Under the pieces are notes generated by a model. It saw only the letters and a program-made list of their open reading frames with translations. It was not told the origin of the DNA and made no database searches. Source: Takakia lepidozioides (Eukaryota; Plantae; Bryophyta). From it: 64,000 bases of DNA. How positions within the stretch are numbered: the first letter of the stretch is position 1; each line of letters opens with the position of its first letter. The position numbers and the translations under genes are program-made. This document shows, piece after piece, positions 1 to 12,149 of this stretch. The stretch covers positions 7,812,001-7,876,000 of the forward strand of contig CM060732.1 of the NCBI GenBank assembly GCA_030704615.1. Reading direction: 5' to 3'.

Positions 1-115
1 TTCCAATTACTTCCAAATTTGTCTATCCTCCCTTTTTGTATCGACCTTATGTAAATTTTGCGTGCTTGCATATTAACATGTTTTAACTTAGCAAGTCCTT
101 TGGCTGTCATTACAG

Positions 116-440
116 CAGCCCTGATCACACAAAGTGGATCGGAGCTTTTCACAGCAAGCAAGATTTTATAGACGTGGTGGAGGTAAAGCCTTCCCTGAGC
201 AATTTGTTGGGATTACTCATTAAAGCCTAGTGGAAGAAAAGAAGAGAACTGAGAGGAGGCAATCGCCAGTGATATGATGTCGGTTTTTCTGAGTTGACAT
301 ATACTGCACATATTTACAACATGTGCATGTTTTCCACATTGCAGACCATCTTCAGGGGAGCGATGAGGGGGAAGATGATTGTGACATGCCCTCTACCACC
401 TGAGAGTGTACCAAAGTTTCAGCTTTACAAGGACATATAG
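116..440 (+). CDS. TXNL4B: Last two coding exons (116-182, 345-440) of a thioredoxin-like U5 snRNP protein, Dim2/TXNL4B type; 5' part lies outside the window
   Basis: Spliced translation SPDHTKWIGAFHSKQDFIDVVE|TIFRGAMRGKMIVTCPLPPESVPKFQLYKDI* matches the Dim2 C-terminus; GT-AG intron 183-344; TAG at 438-440. Confidence 0.9.
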
Positions 441-646
441 CTGTTTGTTTCATTACTTTTGCAAAGACCTAACAAATGAGTTCGAATCCTGGCTATAGAT
501 AGGAGTCTCCTCTTACCTTCATAATAAGGAGGATGCACAGTTAATAGGAAGTGATAAGATGTGCTCAAAGGAAAGGACACCACCTATTGTGCCTGTAGAA
601 TCCCAAATTCATGTTGAACCTAACTCATACTGATATAGACTAAGAC

Positions 647-649
<3 letters not shown>

Positions 650-733
<84 letters not shown>
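650..733. repeat. (GA)n microsatellite
   Basis: About 42 perfect GA units. Confidence 0.98.
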
Positions 734-737
<4 letters not shown>

Positions 738-2567
738 TCAATGCTGCCGATTTCAAAGTTTGCAAATGGATGCATCACCTATCGAGATGCAGATACCACA
801 TTACTAAACTTCCTCCAGTGCTCTGGTGTGTCCACCCTCCACTGCATCACTTATTTTGTCCTTGTGCCTATCCAAATTTTAGTAGATAAGGCTAAACTGA
901 CTTCATCTGGGCCTTTTGCACTGTGGCCGAGAGATGATGGTACCTTATTGCTTGGTAGGTGGCCAGGAATACAAATGAAACCTGTACACAGACCTAATTA
1001 GCATACCAAGGCAACATGATGTGTTTGAAGAGGATTTAATGAGAGGCAACAAATATGGCTCATCGCATAATCGAAGACATCAGAAGACTGACTGCAATCC
1101 CACTTCTAGAATTTGCGTATTCTGGCCATGTCAGGTTTGGTGATATTTACATGTAAGACGTTAGACTCTCGCCGAATGGTTTGTGACCACCGGTGCCAAA
1201 ATGTTCACACTTCACACTACATTCCCTACGGCATGGAATTTAATCCTGCATTTTTTTGTGAGCATGAAAAGTTTCGGCCACCTTTGCCAAGTAGGAAATA
1301 AAATGACCGCAAATATGTTCATATTTCCAAAATGGCTAAGCTAAGGGCCTCTTTAGAGTACTAACCCGAAGACCAAATAAGGAGGTTTGGGGTATGGTGT
1401 TTACCCCTGCACAATTGCTTTCTTTTGTAAGCTAGGACCTTGTGTTGTCATGCCAGATGCAACCGCCAAGCCCCACACATTCTTGGAAGTACAAGGAATC
1501 TCAAATTTCTTGTAGGTACCCCACCCCTCCCTTATTGGATTTTCAATTTGGTTGTAGGACCCCTGTAGTCTGAAGAGGCCCTCAATAACCTGTATCATGA
1601 GCTCATATCAATTTCTCGTCATGTAGTTATTCAATTGTAGGTACCAGTGAATAAGATAAGCCCCCCAAGTTTGTGTGGGCTCTGAGGATTAGAGGATGAT
1701 TCAAGAATTAGAAAAGGAGGGAATGGAAAGAGCAAAAGGGGCTTTGGGCGAGAAAGGGGGGTGCAGAAAAATAGGAAGGAAAGTGTAAGCAAGATTCAAT
1801 TAAGGATGGTTGATGGACATAGAGCCGGTGGGAACAGCCGATAGAGAGGGAGATCATCCGGGGTATAGTGGAGGGATGGATGCAGCCATAAGAGAAAGAC
1901 GTGTGCAGGTCCAAGGTTTGAGAATCATCTGGCAGCGCCTGCCGGTGCAGCAACAACGTTGAGGGCTAATGCTATTTAGAGGGGGTGAGTACACGGGGGC
2001 GGGCTTCCAGAACCATGTGCGGCAGCCTGAACCCACAAGCTCGAGTATATATAGCAGCGGCGGGTGCAGGTGGTGCAGGTCTCACACCTTGAAGCCCAAG
2101 GTGCCAAGGTGAATTCCTAAGGGAGGTCCTAGGGCCCTCTAAAAATTAAATTTGGAGGACAAACCATAAGGCTATTAGTTAATAGAGAGAGTGAGCTGAA
2201 TAAGCCCCCCAAGTATATGGATACTCCTAGCCTACAAATACCTCCAGATATTAGAAGTGAAAAACCTGTAGTTGCCCAATTCAGTCGTTGTATGTGTTGT
2301 GTAGAGGAGGTACACCAAAATTTTGTCCAAAATAAAAGTGGGAGAAGGTGGCCTTGATGTAATCAGATAGTTGTTTTTTTCTTATAGCCCACAATATACA
2401 TAAACAATTTTCAAAAAAATTGCTTTGTATTTTTAGTTGCGTTTTTTTTAAAATAAATAATATTTATTTATTTTAAATACAGAAGCCTCGAAAGCTTTAT
2501 AGATTTACACAGCTATATCGCAATAGGGATGGAAAAAATAACCATCCATGAGGTCGTGAAGGCTTAA

Positions 2568-3082
2568 TGTTGGGAGACTACTCCGAGACCCAGGTGACCG
2601 ATGAAGGGGAAAGATTGCATTGAGAAGCAGAAGCTAAGCCTGCGAAGGTAGGAGGACGATGGTGCGCAAAAGCAAGCCGAGAATGAACAGTAGGAAGAAA
2701 GCGAATGGGTAGAAGCCAAGAGAGGGTACTTGGTGAAAGGAGAGACCAGACATGGGACCTGCAGGAAGCTAAGTTTGTAAGACACTAGATAGCATTGAAC
2801 AAAAGGCACTAAGTGGCACCAAACAGCTCCAAAATAAGCTAAACAGCAGAGCTGAAACGAGGTATTTTCTGCTATACAAAACCGACCTGTTCTTTCGAGA
2901 GATACCGCATGCTCGGAGGAGCCACGAGTTCACCGACCAGCCGAACGCGGACAAAGCGGCAATGCGCCTTGCGTACATGTAAATATGTTGTGCTCCTGTT
3001 TGATTCGTGGCCATTGTAGTCCCGAGAGTTCCTGGATGGAAAACGCCGAATGTGAGGCCAAACGGCCAGATTGGTGCGGACA
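2568..3082 (+). mobile_element. Possible solo or partial LTR truncating the downstream MULE
   Basis: Begins TGTTGG, ends GGACA followed by ATTGG (PBS-like); TATA-like CTATACAAA near 2872; no second copy in the window. Confidence 0.25.
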
Positions 3083-3093
3083 ATTGGTTGTCA

Positions 3094-3960
3094 AGAAATG
3101 GCTAAGTCCCTGGGGTGGCTGCCCCCGAGACTGGGAAAATGGCGTCGAATTTCCAATCTCGGTGGAAGCCACCCCAGGGACATAGCCCTTTCGAAGCCCC
3201 GATTCAACTACAAATTCGGCGCCATTTTCCCAGCTTGGGGCCAAATATGGCTAAGTCCAATGAGGGGCTGGTCCCTTTACGGGGAAAATGGCGCCGAATT
3301 TGCAGTTTCGGTGCCAGCCCCTTCTGGGACTTAGTTTTTTCTTGGCCCCAGAACTGGAAATTCGGCGCCATTTTTCCAAGTTGGGCCAAAAAATGGCTAA
3401 GTCCCAGACGAGGCTGGCCCCCATCTTGGAAATTCGGCACCATTTTTCAGGTTGCGGGCCAGACCCGTGTGGGACTTAGCCACTTTGGGACCCATCCTGG
3501 AAAATGGCGCCGAACTTCCAGTTCAGGGCCCCGGAAATGGCTAAGTCCCAGACGGGGCTGGCCCCCAACCTGGAGAAATGGCGCCGAATTTCCAGTAATG
3601 GTGCCAGCCACCCCCGGGACTTAGCCATTTCCGGGGCCCTGAACTGGAAATTCGGCGACATTTTTCCAGGATGGGTCCCAAAGTGGCTAAGTCCCACACG
3701 GGTCTGGCCCGCAACCTGGAAAAATGGCGCCGAATTTCCAGTTTCGGTGCCAGCCACCCCATGGACTTAGAAATTTTTGTCCCCCAGAACTGGAAATTCG
3801 GCGCCATTTTTCCAGGTTGCGGGCCAGACCCGTGTGGGACTTTGCGCCTTTGGGACCCATCCTGGAAAAATGGCGCCGAATTTCTAGATTCGTTGCCCGG
3901 CACCTTGGGGAGCCGGGAGCAGCGGGCACCCCCCCGCATGGAAATTCGGCGCCATTTTTA
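3094..3960. repeat. Family C array of GGAAAAATGGCGCCGAATTTCC and ATGGCTAAGTCCC motifs in alternating orientations
   Basis: More than a dozen copies of the pseudo-palindrome on both strands, directly upstream of the acceptor tgcag at 4022-4026. Confidence 0.9.
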
Positions 3961-4026
3961 CAGTTTGTTGCCGAAACATGAACCTCATTCCCGGGACTTG
4001 ATTCTCTGTGGGTCTTTTGAATGCAG

Positions 4027-5799
4027 GTACTGCAAGTTCTCCCTGTTGGAGAAAGGTCATCTGGCCTTCGAGCCGCCCTTCTTCCTCGCATGGCGGAACC
4101 CTGGCGCTAACTCCATGTACACAAATGGTATGGTGAAGGAGTGGCATCTGGAGCATTTGCGTGACTGCCCTTGGTATGTGGACCTTCCGCCCGGCTCGCT
4201 CGACTCGTCGGAGTTTCAATTGAAGCTGGATGCTGAGGCCCGCCGAAATCGGGCTCCGTTGCCTCCGCTGGGTCCAAAGGAGGCGAAAGCGCTTGCCAAG
4301 TCCAAGAAAGCGGCAGAGCTTGCTCAGGCAGGTATTCAAGAGAAGTTGAATGAGAAAAAAAAAAGGTTGGAGAAAAGGACACGGAAACAGGGGACTGCAG
4401 TAACCCCAAAAAAACAGAAAACTAGCAGGGCATGAGAGGAGGCGCAGGAGGGGCTCGAAGGGAGTGACTCGGATGACGACTTTGTGCAAGGCCCTGCCCC
4501 TTCTGCTGCTGCTACCAAGTCACCAGTAGTCCGGGTTCCCAAGTCAGTTCGGAGTGGGACTGGCTTTGCCAAGAAGTTGGCATTTGAGGACGAGCCTATA
4601 CAGCGATATTCGGCGGTGACGTTTCCCGACAAGCCAAAGTTAGAACCCCCAACACTCATCCAATGCGTCAACGAGAGCTTCCTTGACGCTCTGGCTGCCA
4701 GGGCGAAAAATGTGGCACACAGCAAGTCTCTGGATGAGCTCAAGGGGAAAGCGAAGAAGAGGGCTGCCGCTGCAGAGCCTAAAGACACCCCTAGTTTCGA
4801 AGCCATGATGGAATTCTTCACGGCTGTGAGCACGGATTGTAAGAGCACTCGGGGGGGGGGGGGGGTTTTGCAGTGGAGAGATCCTGCGATATGATTCTCC
4901 TTGATATTCCAGATGGGGAGCTGTTGGAGGGCCTGGATGGTGTGCCCACCTGGAACAAGCTCACTGAGGACTACTGGAGAGCCGGGTTTGGGCTGGTGGG
5001 GATGCTCCTGGATGACGGTGGATGTATGGTGGTCCTTGCCACAAGAGGGAAGACGACAGAGAATGTTGTGGCAAGGTGGACACCGAAAAGTGCCACCCCG
5101 GTCCTCCTCAAAAAATGGTTCTGCATCAACACGCAGGGGTTGCGAACAGAGGGCCAGAGTGTAAGTTATCAATCTATTGCCCTCACTTCATATCGTGGTG
5201 TATCTAAACTAGAGCTTGGAGTTGATCCCAGTTTTCTTGGATGTGCAGACATTGGTGTTTGAGGCATATTGTTTTGTGAAGAGAGGGTCTACTTTCAAAT
5301 TCCACAGCGACAGTCGTCTTGTTGATGTCGTTGTGGACCCTGTTACCTACGATGTCCTCTACAACTATGTGCCCTACTCCAGTATGCCGAAGGACACAAA
5401 GACAGGGAAACCGTGGCGGTACAGCCGGACCCGGAGCCCTGCTTTCATCCAAACCCTCATGGAGACGTGCTCCGATGTCCAAGGGCGGATTCTTGACCTC
5501 ACATGTGGCACGGGTAAGCCTTCACGTCCACAGTATGTCCCGTGGCCCGATTACAATTTCCTCCCGCATGCTACTAACCACCCGCTTTGTCCCTCAGGTA
5601 CTTCAATGTGGGCTGGGACATTGTCCGACAGGCATGTCTTCGCCTTCGAGCCAGATATTGCCCTCCACAACTCGGAACTTGCAGCGGCTGAACGTCTGCC
5701 CAAAGAGGAAGAGGCAGCCTTGGAGGATGAGGAAGAATCCGAGAAGGAGCAAGGGGAGGTACAAGTTGGGATCGAGACCGAGGAGCCCCCGGTTTACGA
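4027..5799 (+). pseudogene. Spliced 3' part of the ParB-methyltransferase cargo gene (beta-class amino-MTase fold), family C
   Basis: YCKFSLLE..RDCPWYVD exon; motif IV-like ILLDIPDG (DIPD at 4903-4914); RSPAFIQTLMETCS..RILDLTCGTG|TSMWAG..RHVFAFEPD across intron 5514-5597; internal stop and frameshift. Confidence 0.8.
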
Positions 5800-6599
5800 G
5801 TGAGTGGTCGCATTGTAAGTTGCTTCCTGATTTCGTGAGGCACCTCCCTTCGCTCTCTTATTTCATTGAAAGACCCTTTCTGCTTCTGCTGGTATTGACA
5901 TTCTTGAAGTGGATTTGTTCTTATTGCAAGATGCCAAGTAATGTAGGAGGGACGTCTACACCGCAATTCATGGGCAGGATTCACGTGCCTTTTTTTGCCA
6001 GGAGCAATTTCATGCCGAGTCCAGAAAGGAACTACATCCTTCCTACTTATGCTGTCCGGCTTGCTTCGGTGTCCATTAGGAGGTCTTCCGAACCTAGTCG
6101 TGTACAACAGATTTTAGACAAGGCAAGCCTCAGGAAAATGAAGATGAGGGAGGAGGCAGCAACTATTAGAGCCGTCAGGCTCGTAGATTTGTCTTGGATT
6201 CTGTTGAGGAAAGTGGGGAGAAGAGGCAGAAGATTCCCAGGAGGTGAGGTGGACAGTCCCCCAAGGAGAGGACGGTAATTTTGAAAGGCATAGTGGAACT
6301 GATGCATCTCAGAGCTCAGAGGATGGGGGGGATGAGGGGGATGAGGAGGAAGGTGGGGCAATTCCTCGGAGGGTACAGGACAGTAGTGCCCATTCCGGCT
6401 ATGACAATTAAGACACACTTGTATAGATGTGGCTTGCCACAAAATTTGCAATAAAATGTTGCATTTCATTGCTATGACAAGTCCAGTGGTGCCACATTCC
6501 AACTTCAAATGACCCTATTTCCGTGCCTCCTAATCCTATTTCCGTGGACACACAATGCTCATGCCGCTCATGAAAGAGCAGCCCCCGACTGGCATTATA

Positions 6600-9500
6600 A
6601 CACCTGACCACCCTAGACCGCAGCACTGGCCTCTGATTCTGGCCAAAAGACACTTACTCTTTAATACGCCCCTCACCACCTCAACTACACAGTTTTTTGC
6701 ATCCTATCAAAAAAGTCCACATTTCCTCATCCCCTTACCACCACCCCCCTTTCATCTCATTTCCCTGGCTCACAGGACCAACTCGAGGTGCTTGATAGCC
6801 CCTGCTCTTGAATCTCCATTACCACCACACTACCCCAAAACTCTGCCCCATTACACCTCGTCACCCTCCAAATCCGCCCAGCCGCCATCCCTACACAAAC
6901 AAATAACGGCCATCATTAAAACGATACCCAGCAACTGCCAACGCCCACCCGGACACCACCCCGCCCCCGCCACCACCAGACGACCACAAACACTTCATAT
7001 CGCAGTTCACATACCTCACGCGCGCACGTCTCTCCAGTGTTGCCCTCGCCTTTGTTGTAGTCACTCACTCACCCACTGCTCCCACCCACCACGCACTAGC
7101 CCACTCCAACCCCCCCCCCCCCCCCCCCCCCAACACCCTTTGCATTCCCCATCAATATCCGTATGTCTAGTTCCAAAGCTGGAGGAATTCAAAAGCAAAC
7201 AGGTAGCATTCAAAAGCAACCCCGGTCCAAAACCAGTATAACCAACCGCAGTCGAAAGTCGAACGACCATCCACCCTCCATCAATCTGAAGGCGACGAGG
7301 ATATGGAGCAGCTCCCTGAAGGTGCGACTGACGTCAGCGACATGCACTCATCCGACGCACTCTTCTTTGCGGCAGAGCAAGCTTACTAGACCCGCTCCAC
7401 GCAGAGCCCGGCAAAGCCAGCTAACCAAAATGCAAACGGCAATGCGACTGCTACACCCCTACCAACGGCCAGCACCCCCAAGCACCGACGGACTCCCCCG
7501 AGCCCCGCCTACAACGCTCACATCGCTGGTGGACCTACTGACTCTCAATCTAAGGACAAAGCGCCCTCCCAATGCACTCAACAGTGAAGCATACAGAAGC
7601 CACTCAGACCCCAAGAAATCCAAGGGCCAACACGCACAAGACCAACTCCAAGGCATGGACACATCAAGCCCACCCACCCACCCCCAATTCAGGGTGGGAT
7701 ATCAAGCACTCGAATACCAGGCAATGGAATCGCAACTCCCCACCATTGTCGAAGAACGGTCAGGCTTTGAACTCCAGAGTCTAGGCCTTAGCCTGCCCGA
7801 AAACAAAGAGCTACAACATTGCCCGCAGGCTTATCCACACGTCCCGCAACTATTCTTCCCAGCAGTGAGGCTAGATGGACGTGAGGGCCAATTCTACCCC
7901 CTTACATAGCTCCTAAAAGGTACTGCCATCGACCCTTGTCTGGCCTTCCGGAGGCCCCACCTCACATCCTAATCCGTTTTGATTCGGACACAGAAATGCC
8001 CAAGGAGCAAGCTCTCGTGCGTGCCCGTAAAAGATTCGAGGTCATGAATATCCTGCTAGGGACCAAGCTGTACTCCCCAATCATAGCATTCTCCAAGCAT
8101 GGCAGTTCAACATGGAACGACGTCATCAAAGTGGAGCTGCTCAACCCCGCCACTGATGGGACTCGCCTTGCTGCAAGGTAATCGAGCATTCGTCCTCAAT
8201 ATGGCCTCCGGGATGCCTCTGCAAGGGCAAATCGAAAAGGCTCATGAACTGTCAGCAACACCAGACTACCTATCACTACACCTGGCGAGCGAGGTCCTTC
8301 TAGGTACGGTGGCCAACAAACTTACCATGCATCTAGCCACTGAAACATACTCACATGGAGATGAGTTCGAAATCTTATATGTTGCCAAGACTGGACCCCA
8401 CACCAAATTCTGCTTCATATATGTAGCCTCCTTGGACACCAAGACACGCATGATGGCTTACGGTATGCACATCAACCACATGCTCATCAAACCTCAACTC
8501 CGAGTTAAACGGACCAGTATGACGGGCATTGCTGCAACCGCCCAGGAAATGTCAGCTGAAAGAGATGCCCTCACATTGGTGGTTAAGAACCTCAACCACT
8601 CCACTCACAAGCAACCACGGAAGAAGCTGTCTGCCACATGATGGGCAAAGACAACGTCGAGCAAATCCTTTTCAACAAAGTCACCAAAATGGAGAAAACT
8701 CGACACAACGGTATGATCCTTATCATCTGCAAGAATCCCAGTATCTACACCCAATGGTGCAACCGCCCACACGTTCTCATAATTGACAAGTACATCCGTT
8801 TTGAGCCACACACATGGAGCTTGAACGGATCCGAGCCACCTACTGCCAAAATTCTGGAGCGTCTAAGGGTGGCCAATATCAACTAAGCACTGGCGGACAC
8901 TATCAACTCTATCAATATCAAGCCTGACACAAAACTCTGAAATGGCCACGAATCCATGATGACAGAGATTGACAGAAAACTCGCCGCCCACGCCATTTCA
9001 ATCAAAACCAACATCAAGGAAGACCTTGCTACCATGGAATCCAGAGTTGCCATCACAATGACAGCCCAACAGAAAACACACCGAGCTTACCTGGTAACAC
9101 TTCAAGACTCCATCACCAAGAACATGGTGCCAATTTGGCCAGTTTCTATGACCACGCAAACAAGTATCTGGAGCAGCTACCTCTACCACCGGTTTTCTCC
9201 AGTCCGCAAGGAGGGAACAACATCCCTAGCCACATTACAACTACCAAAGCTCCTAGGGCAGCGAGCATCATTGAGCTACCACCAATCCCCCCCCACCCCG
9301 CCATGACTCGATGGGCGCACTCAAAGGCATGGCCCCGGCCCTACTGCTTATGGCGCCACCGCAACACCAGCCACAACCCAACTACTCGCCCAGCACCCTA
9401 CATACCACGAATGTCTAAACCGGAAGAAGATGCACGCAACACCTCGAGTTCTTGCAACCAGCCCCCCCCCCACGGGTCAGGCTCTATCATTCGGCATATG

Positions 9501-10020
9501 ATCCTTCTACTTTGTTTGTGGATTCTATCCCAAACCAATTTTGTACTCTCCCTACCTCTTCAACAATACAATGAATCCACTACGATTATCAGCTCACTCT
9601 TCATGCTCCACTTCATCACCTCCACACTACCTTACCACACTACGTTACGAAACACCACCATCAATCGTTATGCTCATTACAAAAGTCAAGCTCGTCTTGA
9701 AACACGATTGCGGACCCCCTGCCATAACACTTGCAAGCCTCATGTGCCTTACCCCCTCCATACTAGTAACGCTCCACATCATCGTCCATTTGTACCCCGC
9801 TTGCCCCACCCAACCATTGCCACCCACATCAACACACCCCAACCTGGACACGTCCCCCTCTCAAATCAAATCAAATCTTCCCCCCATCATCCCCCTGTCA
9901 TCCATAATCGACACCCCATCCACACGTCCGTGCATACATCCATCCAACCCCCCATCCATAGCCACCTTATCGGGCCCTACAACCGAGGCTCCTCCCAAAC
10001 GCCCCAACACCCTCCAAGGA
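6600..10020 (+). mobile_element. LINE-like element copy 1 (5' region and degenerate ORF1, about 7160-9300)
   Basis: Fragmented ORFs homologous to 13560-15740; RRM-like LTLVVKNLN..HNGMILIICKNP followed by a coiled-coil-like segment; C/A-rich strand bias. Confidence 0.55.
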
Positions 10021-10021
10021 C

Positions 10022-11310
10022 CATGTGGTCTTTTCCACTCAAAGTTTCCGACCCTGCAGTGGATCTCTGGCTCAACCGAATGACTTGGTGGTTCCAGGTA
10101 ATTCAAGGTACTTCCCCCATTTGCTTTGCTGGCATGAATTCCATGAACGGCTATGTGACAATGCATGTTGGAAACGCAGGTAATGACGAATGCGAAGGAG
10201 CAAGTCATCCTCCATACAAATTTGTTCAAATTGTACGTCAAATGGGATGAAACACAGACATTGGAAGAGTAAGTGAAACGTTTCAGATGTGCGTACAAGG
10301 ACAACCTCTTCGCTAGGGAGCTGCAGACAACGAGAAGGAGCGTGGAGTATACACATCAGGAGGGGGCGAGAAAAGCAGCAATGCGAATTGTGTACAGGTA
10401 AAGCCTAGCTCCCGTTGTATGCAAAACCAGGGATATGAGGTTTGCTTGGGAAATGCGGCACCGCATTCGCACTTTATGTTTCCGGTTGCACTCTGCGAAT
10501 ACATTCTTCAAAAACTTTACTCACGCATGTGGACTGTGTTGAGGTATATGAAATACGTGCTACTTAAGACAGGGGCCCTGGCACAAGAGCCCCCGTTTTT
10601 CATGGCTTGGACCGTGCAGGGCGCAAGCTGTGTCTACACACCAGAGATGCAGAAACAATGGCATGCCTCGCATATTGCTGGATGCCCCTGGTACCTAGAC
10701 ATGTCTGACGGACTTATTGACAAATCGGAGGACCTGCACGCGAAAGCGAAGGAGAAGAGAAGGGAAAGACGTGTCCCTGGTGGGCCTGAAAAAACAAAGG
10801 ACACTACTGCTTTGGAAGAATCCAGAAAGGCAGCTGAGATGGCACAGAAGACGGTGGATGCAACTGTGCAGGCTCAACAAAAGGGGTCGAAGAAGAGGAC
10901 TTGCCAGCAAGGAGCACAGTTGTGACACCCAAGAAGACGAAGAAGCAGAAACAGAAAGAGTAGGAAGAGGGTGAAGAAGAGGGCTCCGATGGAGACTTTG
11001 CAACCAGCCCACCCCCCGAAACGCAGCCTAAATCCCCTGCGGCCACCGTTGTCACGAAAGGAACGAGAACAAGCTCAGCAAAGAAGGCACTCTTCAACCC
11101 CCCCGGGGCGACACCCTTTCGAGCCAGTGTAAATGAAGATGCCGAAAGTGGAGCCAGAAACAGTAGTGCAGTGTGTGAATGAGGTTTCTTGGTGGCTTTG
11201 GATGGGCGGGCAGCCAAGTTGGCATACATCAGGTCCATGGAGGGGCTGAAGGGCAGAGCACTGAAGAAGGCAGCTGCCGAAGAGCTTTCCAACACCCCTG
11301 GGTTTCAAAA
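10022..11310 (+). pseudogene. Internal fragment of a further ParB-methyltransferase cargo gene (central exons only)
   Basis: DLWLNRMTWWFQ|..AAMRIVYR|YMKYVLLKTG..GCPWYLD aligns with 44340-45850 and 4027-4200, with the same intron positions. Confidence 0.7.
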
Positions 11311-12149
11311 GACTCTGACCTGAATGTCGCATCCAAAAGGCCTGCTACGCCCTTGACATGGACTTTATATCAATGCTATCTCTTTATAAAGGCTCCTTGA
11401 ACTGCTCTCATTCTCATATCTTACATATCAGCTCCTTGAGCTGCAACAACTTTTAAAGATGCAGACTACACTGGCTCAGTTTGGACTGCAATTTGCAGTT
11501 TTCGACTGACTGCTTGTCATGTTATTCTTCACCCTATACACATAATTATACATTCATAACAAATGGACTTAGAATGGGTTAGTCACTTATCATATGTACA
11601 TGTGAGTACAATTATTTTGAAATTTGGATGAAATCTCATGAAGCTATGGACTTTTATAGGGAATTCCAATGGATTGTCACAGTCCATCTAATGTCCCAAA
11701 TGTCATCTAAAAAATCTATTCGTATATGGACTTAACAACTAAATACACAATGTTTGAATAGACACAAATATAAATTTGTGAACAATTCCATCCATCCATC
11801 CATCAAGACACTATAGACTTTTTTGTACAAAAAAACCCCCAAAATGACAATTTGTCCATAGCACTTTGAAAAACTCATATTTGAGTGAAGATCTTTGCTA
11901 AGAATATATATATTATTATTGTCTATAGGAGCTTATTGTTATATGGACAAATTTCATAAACTACAAGATAATAATAAATAGCTATTATTTTTAAATAAAA
12001 AATATTAAAAAAGAACAATTATAACAAAAATATCTCAAATATTTGGGATGAGACCATTTACTAAATATGATTAGTGTACCATTACCTATGAAGATAAAAA
12101 TATATTTGAACAAATATCCTTAAATAAAAATTTAATTAATTTTTTCTCA

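Larger units (their letters stand above)
3094..6586 (+). mobile_element. MULE family C, right half (array, 3' part of the methyltransferase gene, terminus)
   Basis: Ends in GCTCATGAAAGAGCAGCCCCC, the reverse complement of the terminus at 57270; 5791-6560 is near-identical to the reverse complement of 57330-58085. Confidence 0.75.

Noticed and set aside
648-1001. 117-aa ORF starting MRERERE
   Set aside because: Artefact of the GA microsatellite
1700-2140. TATA-like, LTR-like purine-rich segment
   Set aside because: No termini, partner copy or coding evidence
2930-3980. Many overlapping ORFs with WKFGAIF/EIRRHF repeats (also 57769-60985)
   Set aside because: Translations of stop-poor tandem arrays
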